The notes beneath the pieces were generated by a model. That model was given only the letters and a program-made list of their open reading frames with translations, ran no database searches and was not told the DNA's origin. A stretch of DNA of 20,000 bases from Atractiella rhizophila. Taxonomy: Eukaryota. The translations under genes and the position numbers were made by a program. The stretch spans positions 46,059 to 66,058 of the forward strand of contig MU271437.1 in assembly GCA_021432655.1 (NCBI GenBank), given 5' to 3'. Below, piece by piece: positions 9,850 through 20,000 of the stretch (position 1 is its first letter; each line of letters starts with the position of its first letter).

Positions 9850-12260
9850 TTTTGTCAAAACCGGGTCCATCTTTTCCTCTACCCATGTCATTGCCATAAA
9901 AACTCGTATGTTGATCATCTCCGCTGATTGAGGTACTTTCCTATCCTTGATATCTGTGAAAAACTTCTTTACCACATTCGTCTATGCTCCACTTCCCCAC
10001 CATATTCTTGCAGAGTGGGACATGGCATAAGTTAGTCTTGGACAGTGAGTACAGAACTTTGGACCAATTGCATAAAGTTGTTGTCACAGACATCAAGCTT
10101 GTGCTTGTTTGTATTCTTCTCACCATACCCATCCTTTTGCTTCTTGCATCGACCATAGGTCTTTACAGCTCCAAGGGTGCCCTTCTTTGTTGGAATGGTG
10201 TATGTCACTTTCACTGGTGGAGGGAGTGTCGTTTGTAGTTTCCAAAATGGTTTGATCGCTGTTCAACACATTGTTAGTTGTTAGTAAATTCCTTTTCTTG
10301 TCAATAAAAATGTTCAAACTCACAGTCTCCTCTGGCTACTCTCTGAATGTGACTAGCAGCCCCCTTCTCGATTGCCAATAAACCATTTTTCAGCACCAAA
10401 CCGTCATGAATGATTTTGTCGTCTGTAATACAAAGGGTTCAAGATAAGCTGGGGTTATTATAGTTCACAGCAAACAACTTCAGCTGCTTCTCTGTCGTTG
10501 AAGAAATAGCTTTGAACTGGAGTTGGCAGGCCACAAGTTTCCAGAAGGCATCAGAGTACATTTGAATTGTACTCTTCTCCTGATAATCTACAAACAAAGT
10601 GCCTGTTACTGAAGTAAAGGTCTGTGATGTTAGAGATTAGGAATCATTTATGGGCAGAGGAACTAGCGGTGGTTGTACTTCCACATCAATATTTGTGGAA
10701 GATGTGAACTGGTTCGATTTTGTGAAGTTCCAAATAGAAGGTATCGAAGGCGGCTTGATATCTGGCTCCAAAAGTTCTTGATTTAGATGAGGGTGTTTGG
10801 AGGAGATGGCGAGCATTGCAGTGGCATCATCCTCACTATCCAATTGGGTTGCCATATGCTTCTCTGGCAAGCAAGATGAACTGATTGCAGAATGTTGTAA
10901 ATGAGTGTTTTCGGGTTTCTATAACAGCTCAATACGAATATATTCTTATGTTGAGAAGACTGGGCAAGAGAAGACCTACAGCCTTCAGAGACACCTCCAT
11001 TTCAACATAAGAGTCCACAGGAAGCTCACCATTCATAACAACCATTCCATTCATGACAGCTGTAACAATTACTTCGGGGCATTTGATATCATCTGGTTTG
11101 AGAGTTTGGAGGAGCTCCTTTCGCTTCGCTTTATAGCGATCTAGGTCAAGTCCCATAAATCTAAACTCATGGAATATCAATAAATGTACTACTCCCAGTA
11201 GCAAGTACAGAAAACATACTGCTTTCATGCTTAACCAATCTAAACTCATGCTTCGAAAAGGCGTCCAGCAGTTTAGGCTGGTTTGAAGAGTATAAGATTT
11301 CTTCCAGACGACGATTCCTATCCACAAGAAAGATGTGGTGGGTACTAGCCTCAATAACCTTCTTCCAAAATGCTCCCGATGGTGAGTTAGCTGGCTGAGA
11401 GCGGTTCTTAATTTTGACAAGGAGGTTTTTGCGTAAGAAGATATTGGGAAGGACACTCAGAACACTTGTAAGAGAAGAAGCTGATCCAGGAAATGGCTCA
11501 CCAGCTGCATTATGCCAGCTGTCATTATTTAATGTCGTAAACGGGAGTTGCTGATGCTTTGGAATAAGGCATCCCTTCGCAATGTGACCATTTTGAAGCT
11601 TGAGTGTGGTACAGCACTTGTTCCAAAGATCAGGCATCTTCTTGAACTTCAAATTTTGTAAGCTGCTCCAAACTTTCTTCAACTGAATAATGCCAGTAAC
11701 CCCACCTTGCAAGTCAGCCTTCTTCTTCCAGATTGCCTCTCGAAATGATACAACGAAATCTGCTTGTGCTGGATGTATATGAGGAATTGTTTCAAAGACA
11801 CACATTTTGAGATGAGCTAAATCCTGGCCAATCCAGAGTTCCGGCACATAGAGAAGGACACTTTTCCTATATTGACAGCAGAGGTCAATACATACCTGTC
11901 TGCTACCTTTGAAATTGACTCCAAGTAGCCTGCACGTTGAGCAAAATCTTGAACTGGTGGACCCATCACAAGTAGTGAGTTTCCAACAAGAAATTCCTGG
12001 ATTGTTATTATTAGACTTTGAATTTACAGATGAAAACAACCTTATAACTTATGTATCCCACAAGTTCCCAGTCCTCATTTACCATCGTCAACAATCCTCC
12101 ACAAAAAAATATTTGTAACTTGTACTTTTTGACGACCACCAGCCTCCTTCACAGTAGTATAAACATTTGCCTTCTTAGCGATCTTGATGGTTGCATCGAG
12201 CCTAACAAAAGACCTGATTGTTTGTCAGGATAGAGGGCCAAGGTAAACCAAAATACATAC
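9850..12260 (-). mobile_element. Decayed DDE transposase-like pseudogene (MULE/Mutator-like fold) with a long degraded C-terminal region
   Basis: Ordered motifs across frameshifts: FVRLDATIKIAKKA (D at ~12197), CGGLLTMVNEDWELVG, VCIDLCCQYRKSV (D at ~11886), GQDLAH (D/CxxH), GHIAKGCL, TTLNNDSWH (position of the expected E). Many in-frame stops lie further 3'. The 3' boundary is approximate. Confidence 0.6.
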
Positions 12261-12319
12261 CAGTGAAGGTGTTGTTATTGTGTAAAACTGCAATGATTAT
12301 TTTGCTATTTTTCTCAGTC

Positions 12320-12414
12320 TTTATATACTTGTGAGACAGTTGTTCTAGAACTTTCAAAAAAAAGTAAGAAAGTAAGAAAACAAAAAAGCGAGAATGATGG
12401 AGAATATTCTAGAA
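12320..12414 (-). promoter_or_regulatory. Heat-shock-type promoter: two perfect three-unit HSEs plus TATA box
   Basis: GAATATTCTAGAA (12402-12414) and TTCTAGAACTTTC (12343-12355) fit alternating nGAAn/nTTCn. TATATAAA lies on the minus strand at 12320-12327. Confidence 0.55.
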
Positions 12415-12554
12415 CAAATAATTGCAACTCATCCGAGATGGCAGGATGAATCATGAACACCAACAGAAGGTCTTCAAATACATATTGCTTTCTGGGCCAT
12501 GCTCATACTCTATCCAGTGTTCATAGATTGCCTTGATGAGGTCAGATGATGGAG

Positions 12555-12966
12555 AGGGATTAATCGCATCAGGTACTCATGAGTACTACTCATGGGTACC
12601 CTTGTATTACCTTAGACTCTACTCGTCAACATAATTTTACAGCTTAGGCACATTAGTTTACATAGATGACTTATTTATACATTACTTATGCCTTAAACAC
12701 CACTATCTTGTATCTCAGAGCCAGATCGAGCCATTTTAAATGTGAAAAAGATCAAAAATTGATATAAAACTCTCTTTAACTCTTTCAAACAAGTACTCCA
12801 CAGGTACCTGCCATTTCAGGCCATATGAGTACTCTTAGGTACTTAGCAGGGAACACGAACGGGCACCCCTGATGAAAATTAACCCTCTGTAGCTGATTTG
12901 TAACTTGTTGTGCACGGGTACCTGTGGCACAAGTACCCATGAGTACCATACTCGTTGACATCTCGA
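12555..12966. mobile_element. MITE-like, hAT-type non-autonomous element with GTAC-rich subterminal motifs
   Basis: Clusters of GGTACC/AGTACT/GTACTC at both ends (12572-12601; 12791-12950) surround an AT-rich centre. Palindrome GTACTCATGAGTAC at 12573-12586. The right end reads TCGAGATGTCAACGAGTATGGTAC on the minus strand, resembling TAG(A/G)GATG hAT termini. No TSD found. Confidence 0.45.
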
Positions 12967-12969
12967 AGT

Positions 12970-14276
12970 CTTTACTCATCAAATTTCATGTTGCTCCTTC
13001 ATTGATGATCGCTCTTCCAATTGTGTACTCATCCATGGGGCCACTCTGATCATTCTCTATCTCTATTGTAAGGCGGAAGAGTTTTCCCCTTGTCCATCTC
13101 CTAAGTACTCTTGCTTCTTGCTCCTTTGTAGCTCTCATTGTTGGTTGTTGCAACAGTTTGTAGCTTTGAGCAATGTGCTTTTGCTCCTCTGTGTCTACCA
13201 GTCCTCCTTCATCTTCGTGAACTGCTCTGTTTGAAGCAGCTAATGGTGAGGGAGGGTGAGGAGGTAGTTGGTTAAATCGTGCATGCTGTTATGTATCGAT
13301 GATTGGAGTCTCTGTTAAGTCTAAGCTCGAAGGGGGTGGAGGTGCCGTGGTGCTGGTTCTTGCTCCTCTGGCACTATTGTTGTATCTACCATATGTGGCT
13401 CAGCCAGTTCTGGGATTTGATTCGCAATGGCTGTAGGCTGTGATTGGGTGTCCTGTATTGGATTTGAGCCCTGTTGGGTATTGGATCTGGCACTGTCGAA
13501 AGAGTCTTTGTTTTGCCCTCCTTTCCCGCGGTGGAGGGGATTGTGTCTCAGATGGGATGTGCAGGGGTGAGATTTCACTATCAGACATTGAGGGTGTTGA
13601 GGATGAGGAAGTTTGTTCTTCATCAACATCCAGTTCTAAAGGGATCTCAGGATCATTCATATCCAACCCAGTCGAGATTGGGAAGGGCATGCTCTTGTGA
13701 GGCTTAGGCAAGAGCCTGCACCCTCCCCCCAGGTTTTGCCCGCTGTTTGAGAGTCAACGGGACCTGAGTCGCTAGAGGGGACTGACTCCTGAATTTTTTT
13801 ACTCCTTCCTTTCTAACTTCTCTAAAATCTCTCTCGGCCAGTCAAGGGATGATCCTTACATTTTCCCAAAGGAGGATGGTTTGGCAATTTCATTCTTCGT
13901 AGTAGCGACAGGTTTTTCCTTTTTCTCTGAAACATAAGGATGTTCCCCCGACTCATCACCCCTCCCCAAAGGTTCTGGATGTGGGATGTGATGAGCAGAC
14001 TGCTTGCTAATGCAGGAGTTGGGTACTCACCTTTCTTCGTTGTGCTTGACTCCTAATCCCTTCTCCAGTTCTCTTGCTATGAATGCATATTCCCAACTTT
14101 CCTTCACCTCACCTTCTGCTTCCTTATCCCCTGCCCACTCCACAGATATTTCGTCTCCTCAGCCTCCATTGCTGGTGTGTTAAGAAAGATACCCACCTGC
14201 TCAGCACTACCCCCAATTTCTGACAACTATTCTTCCCACATCCTCTGTTGTCTTCTTATCCTGGTAATGGCCCATT
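12970..14276 (-). pseudogene. Degraded remnant of an unidentified intron-containing gene (Pro/Ser/Glu-rich)
   Basis: Overlapping broken ORFs 13400-13711 and 13321-13629, purine-rich minus strand, a GTGAGT donor near 14031, and multiple stops and frameshifts. No family recognised. Confidence 0.3.
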
Positions 14277-15487
14277 GTTAGAAGGTAGCGGGCAATAATT
14301 TTAGGACATACAAATGTGGAGTGTTGGGGCTTACAATCGGTGAGCGACGAGGTTCCTCTTTGAATGGTTTAGAATAAAAGCTACCTCAAGCTCGAAAGGA
14401 ACGAGATTGGGAGACCTTTACAAGTGCAATTTGAGAAGCAAAAGGTGTGACGAACCAATGGGTGGGATGAATTTATACTGTGAAATGAGCTGTGTCCCAT
14501 CAGCTTCATGAAGGGCGGATCAAGCCTGGAAACTAGCCAGGATCTCCATCAGGGGACTATGCAAGGAAGAAGTAGAATGATCCTGCACCTGCTCCCCCTT
14601 GACTGCATTCAGACACCAGCCAATGATCCCGGGTTGAAGGACTCAAGATGAGTACTTTGTTACTTTTGATAGAAATTATACTGAACTATACACGGTTAGC
14701 ACAGCCGTTGATTTCTTCTTTCCCAATACAGTATCCTCTAGCTCAAACATCTTCCACAATCTCAAGTCTACCCCCATTAAGATCACCAATCAATGTAAGA
14801 ATCGTTGAGCGAAAGAGAGACCTCTTTGTCTCTGTCTCCACATTGACCGTCGGCATAGCTAACCTGCAAGCTGTAATGCGGGTTAGAAGTTACTGTTAAT
14901 GTGCAATGTTTGTGTCAAAGTACTTACCTGATTCCTTGTTCCAATTTCCAATCTGTCTCAGTCATTTCTCCCTCACACACAATCACCCATCTGTCTTTTA
15001 CTCGCGGTGTCTTTTTAATCGTTACGCAGTGTTGTAGTGTGCGAGGTGAGTAGCCTTTTACTTTCTTATATCTTACTTATGCCAATGGGCACTCTTCAGG
15101 TTTCTACATGACAAATGTATGAGCACTGTGAAGTGCGAGATAACACTGAGTATAAGTCTCGCACTTGCAGGTTTCCAAGCTTTTATAACAGAGGGATCCC
15201 TGTGGTAAAAGATAGGCCACAGTTCCGGAAAGTGCTCGAAGGAAACTAAACATGCAAGGACGCAAGTGGCGAAAGGAGGTGTATGATTCTGTCACTACCC
15301 ATTCTCCCCTTTCAAGAGCCCCTGTTATCATATAAGAGCAACCGGACTAGAAGGTAGGCTTAGGCCTCCTCAGTCCACATTCTTATCACTTATTTCTGAC
15401 ATAGAGATACTGTTATTTGACCTGTTAGACGTGCAACCAGTTTGGGTGTTTTAGGTATGCTTCCTTATGTCTTATGATATTCCTATC

Positions 15488-15540
15488 CTCTTATGCAACT
15501 ATGTGTTCCAGCACTCTTATGCAACTAATGTGTTCTAGCA
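15488..15540 (+). repeat. Two-copy 26/27-bp tandem repeat CTCTTATGCAACT(A)ATGTGTTC(C/T)AGCA
   Basis: Copies at 15488-15513 and 15514-15540. Confidence 0.85.
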
Positions 15541-15550
15541 TTATCAACTC

Positions 15551-17215
15551 TCAGTCCACTTGCCCCCTTTTTGGCTCACTCCCCATTTGGATCAGTGCCA
15601 GGTCCAAGCTCGGATTATACAAGCCGTCTTCCATTTGCCTCCCTCCTATTTGTTCACCTACATCCCACTTTCTAGGGCTCCTAAACTTTGGAACAGTATT
15701 GTTGCCTCCATAGGAGCCACTGGCGCTACCTCCATCACCAGAGTTCAACCTGCAAGCAGCAGAGCGAAGGTGGAGCACAATGCGAGAAGCCATCATCGTT
15801 GTGAATGCTATGGCGAGCGGCGCATTCAAAGATGAGATGAGAACTCTGGGGACACTGCTTGGCTTTCTGTCAGTTCAGAAAGGATCTGGCTGTGAAGCCG
15901 GGCAGATTCTACGGACCTGAAGTAAATTACATTGACTAGGTTGCAGATGAATACAATGATGAAGTAGAGGACGCCGTCGCGTATAAAGATTGAGAGAAGA
16001 CGTGTCGGCGGTGTGTTGTTCCAGTGTGTGATGATAGGGCTTTCAACGATTTTGGCCTCAGTCAGATGAAAGAAGAGGTGACTGACACAAGCGTGAACAT
16101 TGTTGCCGTCGTATCGTAAAGGAGAAGCGGGACCCTATGCTTTCCATCAGCTAGTTTGATTCGTGTATCGATGAAACACAACCAATAAACCCATTGACGG
16201 CTGTACGAAGTGTCAGCTTGGTTCCTGCCAGATTGATGTAAGGATGAATCACTTTTGGACCCTTCCGACAGAGATGCATCCCCTCAAACCAGGCAGTCTG
16301 TTGGGCATGTCATCAATTATCCCTTGTGCACAGTGGCGTACAAATGCAACGCCTCGTTCTGAGCAACTGACCAAACCTGAACAGCCGTACCAGCAATGGC
16401 AAAGACTCCGAAGAAGTAAGCAATCCAATTACGACGGTTCCACATTACCCACACTCTTGCGCCTAATAGAAACTCGCAGTTCACTGTGTCATATCATCTC
16501 AGTCCCATGGATACTTGAATCGGGAGTAGATGCACAGAACAGGATTATAGCGGCGACAGGTTGAAGAAAATGAACCTTATCGCACGTTTTCGGTTGGAAT
16601 TCGATCCAGAGAAAACACATCGAGATGACAAAGTGCAAGAGGCTCCAGTAACTTCACATTTCTCATGTAAGCCAGAGCGAATGGAAAGAGAGAGATACCG
16701 ATTGAAGAAGAATGCGGCTCGGACTGGTGTCCAACGCTGCGCTTTCCACATAGAATTGTATTCATCTAGAATCGGGAGGAGATGCACAGAACAGGATTAT
16801 AGCGGCGACAGGTTGAAGAAATGAACCTTATCGCACGTTTTCGGTTGGAATTCGATCCAGACAAAACACATCGAGATGACAAAGTGCAAGAGGCTCCAGT
16901 AACTTCACATTTCTCATGTAAGCCAGGGCGAATGGAAAGAGAGAGATACCGATTGAAGAAGAATGCGGCTCGGACTGGTGTCCAACGCTGCGCTTTCCAC
17001 ATAGAATTGTATTCATCTGGGAAAGTGAGGATGAAGTCCCAACCGAAAACTGCAAAGCAAGCTGCGCTCCAGTTCAGTGAAGCTTACATGGGGAGCAAGG
17101 AGATCGAACCTGTGAGATAGGTCCGACTAGCAGAAAGAGAGTCTTCTAAAGCTGTACGTTGCACGGCGAGATCGAGTGGTTCTTCCACAGTAAAACTCAG
17201 GTTTGCTGAAGACAT
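15551..17215 (-). CDS. DUF6533-domain fungal multi-pass membrane protein, multi-exon, with an internal ~250-bp tandem duplication (possible pseudogene)
   Basis: ATG at 17215. MSSANLSFTVEEPLDLAVQRTALEDSLSASRTYLT / ACFAVFGWDFILTFPDEYNSMWKAQRWTPVRAAFFFNR / YWSLLHF (DUF6533 D..LT..E...W...W....F..NRY) / EFLLGARVWVMWNRR / VPLLLYDTTAT / FIRDGVLYFIIVFICNLVN / MMASRIVLHLRS; stop at 15551. Confidence 0.85.
16517..17018. repeat. Near-identical ~250-bp tandem duplication inside the DUF6533 gene
   Basis: Copy A is 16517-16767 and copy B is 16769-17018. I see three substitutions and one 1-bp indel (GAAGAAAATG vs GAAGAAATG). Confidence 0.95.
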
Positions 17216-18141
17216 AGCAGCTGCTTTGTGACAGGAAAATCGTGAGGCAGGTGCAACCCTCGGCAGGGGAGGCCGCTTTTTAAGTCGCGTTTGAGTTTGC
17301 TTCGAGCTTCTTCGGACATGAAGTGTTTATGAAAGTGCATGGGGGGGCTGTGTTGAGGATTGTGATACTCGGTCAACGAAACGAAATGTGGAATCACGCT
17401 AGACAGTGCCGTTTTCCGCAGCGTCCTTCTGCTGCTCCACAAACCAATCTCCAAAAGAAGGGCGAGTTGATAACCTGGCCTAGAAAAGCTCCGGAAGATA
17501 CCAGGCGTCACCGAGCCGACGCCACTTCAGGTTAGTGTTTGCGATGTCGCGGGAAAAAGATCTGCAATTTGATAACCACAAACTTTGAATGGCCACCTAA
17601 ACGCCATATTTGCGATGATAAAGGAAAGAGTGGCTCCGGCTTGGTAAGCTTCGTGCATCATCCTGCTGACTTGTTTCGGGATGTGTGGGGTTAACACCTT
17701 TCCCGGCCCTGCAACGAGATGTGCATAAAGTAAGCAATTTCTCAGCGTGGGTCAGCTTCATCGTAAAAAGGCAAAGTTACCTTACGAAACTCTGTCACGA
17801 CCGGATGATGAAAACGAGCCGGAGGCCTTTGGTTCAATGATCATTTTGGAAACGATGAAATGTCAGTTCTTGGAAGTCGATATCCTAGCTACACCGACGG
17901 GTGATAGAGCGTGTTAGGCTTATTTCTCGCTCATCCCCACCTCTCCCCGTTGCTGCATACGGGCAGCTAACTGCGTGATCGGATACCTTTTCATTTAGAC
18001 AGGCATCCTACATTCTACGCAGATGATGAGAGGGTCCACATTAGATTCGCGGTGAGAACATAAAAGGAGGGAGGCGTGTACTGGTGAGTTCAAGCGTCCA
18101 ATAAATCGAATCCGGTTGATTTATAAGAATAGCAGATCCAA

Positions 18142-19058
18142 ATGGTTGACTTTACGCTCTACTCTCACGATGCTGGACCAAATGTATGGTCTTTGGGTCC
18201 TCTTGACAAGTACAACTGACATAGCATGGCGTTTCTAGCCCTGGAAAGTCGCAATCGTCCTGGAATGCTTGGGACTTGATTACCAGCATATATATATGGA
18301 CTTCACGAAGGGTTTGCGTCCTCTCTGTGTCGTCTAGTTCTGGCTACAATTGCAGACTCAGGGGAGCACAAAGGGCCGGAACACACGAAACTAAATCCAA
18401 ACGGACGCGTACCGACGTTGATAGATCACAAAAACAACGACTTTACGATCTGGGAGTCATGTGCTATCATTACTTATCTGGCAGACAAGTAAGCTCGTCG
18501 GTATGGCGGCCAGCAACCTTTGTAATGTTTGTAGATATGACACTGAGCGGAAGCTGTCTGCTACTACTCCCGAGGATAAATTTATTGAGCTTCAATATCT
18601 TTTCTTCCAAGCAAGCGGTCAAGGCCCTTAGTAAGTATTTTAGTTTTTAGTCTTCAGATACTGTATACTCATGATTGCCATGATGCAGCTTCGGGCAATT
18701 CGGATGGTTCACGTTCTTCCATCCGGAGAAGATTACTTCTGCTCAAGAGCGTTACAAGAATGAGATCAACCGTGTGTGGAGTGTGCTTGAGGACATTCTG
18801 TCGAAGAAGGAATGGCTCGGCGGATCCAAATGCACCATCGCTGATCTTTCCTTCATCACTTGGAACGAAATGGTTCGCTTTATCCTTCTCCCTCATTCGT
18901 CAGGAGCTGAGAACTCCACCTGCTTAAAGGCTATCAACACAAAGGCCATTGATGATCCTGAGAAATATCCGAAGGTCTTTGAATGGCACAAGAAAATGGT
19001 GGAAATGGCCCCCGTGAAAAAGGTATTGGAGGAGAAGGCTGGAAGGCAGAAGCATTGA
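18142..19058 (+). CDS. Glutathione S-transferase, Ure2p-like class (6 coding exons, ~216 aa)
   Basis: Exons 18142-18183, 18239-18311, 18362-18488, 18535-18630, 18689-18872 and 18930-19058 sum to 651 nt in frame. MVDFTLYSHDAGPNPWKVAIVLE...LNPNGRVPTLIDHKNNDFTIWESCAIITYLADKYD...FFQASGQGPYFGQFGWF...CTIADLSFITWN...YPKVFEWHKKM. Confidence 0.95.
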
Positions 19059-19657
19059 TGGATGCGAATGAAAGATTATACCAAGAAAAGGGGGTTATAA
19101 CGAGTATTCAAAGGTCCTTTTGCGGAAGGACATGTTCTGCTCAAGCTGAACTGTTCTTCGTCTCTTGGTGCAGAGTGAATTGAATTGACATCAGAACATC
19201 AAGCTCAGTAACCATTGGCTTCTGTTGCCCTAAAGAATAGTCTTGACTGAAAAACAACCACCGAACCTGTCCTCAATGTGAACTGAACGTGAACTGCGTC
19301 AGCAAGAAGGATACGCAACAGGGCTTTTTACTCTTCTCCTTTGGGTCTCACTGAATGTCAGATCCAGATCTACTCGCCTTGCGGCCAAGGAAGGATTGAG
19401 CTTTCAGCTTGTCAAGCCCAACTTGGTACAAGGGGTTCAGGTTTTGGGTTATAACTGAGTGCCTACAAGTAATCTTGCCATCACAACACGTTCGTGTGAT
19501 TGGAGATTCGTTATGAATAATAATAATATCATAGGCTTCGGGTCCCTTTCGCAGGCAAGAGCACCAGTCAGGAATTATGGAGTATCATGTTGTTTGCCTC
19601 ATGCTATTTGCAGAAGAACAAAACATGCACATTCCACAAGAATCCCAAACCAATGGC

Positions 19658-20000
19658 TCAAAATGTTTCCACGACTGCCGCCTGCTCTCGACTCTGGTTC
19701 GTCCTAAGCGAATAATCATCGCCGGGCTGTTTATTTGCACAAACCCATCGGATTTGCAAGGTAATCGAGAGAGGATGGTGAAGGAAAATACGGACCTGGG
19801 TGATGTATCTAACCCACGGCAGCGCTTGATATCCGCTCTTCTCGACGATTTTGAGGTATCGAACTTGGATCCCGGATACAGTGAAATATGGAATCTCAAA
19901 CTTGACACTGATTGGAGCACGGTTCTCTAAGTCTTCTGTTGTCCCAAAGAAAAGCAAACATCAGGTGATGCTAGTGCATTAAACGTTACGACGAACCTCC
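19658..20000 (-). CDS. APM1: AP-1 clathrin adaptor complex mu subunit, C-terminal exons (gene continues beyond the window)
   Basis: RAPISVKFEIPYFTVSGIQVRYLKIVEKSGYQALPWVRYITQ / PGDDYSLRT...ETF* is the hallmark mu1-adaptin C-terminus. Confidence 0.95.

Noticed and set aside
9110..12039. DEAD/RecQ helicase (GLAFTLLTPE resembles a helicase C-terminal motif)
   Set aside because: No Walker A, DExD/H or other helicase motifs found; the 290-aa ORF fits a transposase better.
14335..15553. Additional solo LTRs (TGTAAG start at 14335 on the minus strand; TATA-containing segments)
   Set aside because: No matching TG...CA pair with a target-site duplication could be identified.
16517..17018. Duplicated ORFs (MNLIARFRLEFDP..., MNTILCGKRSVG...) as a repeat protein or array
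   Set aside because: They are antisense or off-frame readings of the duplicated DUF6533 exons.
19577..19930. 117-aa plus-strand ORF
   Set aside because: Antisense shadow of the AP-1 mu exons.
15551..20000. Functional cluster of DUF6533, GST and AP-1 mu
   Set aside because: No evidence beyond adjacency; this looks like ordinary gene order.

Overview
Eukaryotic, basidiomycete-like fungal DNA with short (~45-55 bp) GT-AG introns; no rRNA, tRNA or CRISPR seen. Two paralogous DUF6533-type multi-TM membrane protein genes face each other tail-to-tail (<1-1102 +; 15551-17215 -), and each carries a lesion. Between them lie ~14 kb of transposon and pseudogene debris. In order: a PA-TM(-RING) E3 ligase pseudogene hit by a 152-bp solo LTR (5-bp TSD) and a 16-bp duplication; a head-to-head DUF6698-like gene / C2H2-Plavaka transposase pair sharing a 146-bp promoter; a PVL-type lectin fragment; three ~160-bp repeats; a decayed MULE-like DDE transposase preceded by two perfect heat-shock elements plus TATA; and a GTAC-rich MITE-like element. 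The right end has an intact Ure2p-class glutathione S-transferase and the 3' end of the AP-1 mu subunit gene. Family names come from motif recognition by eye, not database searches.
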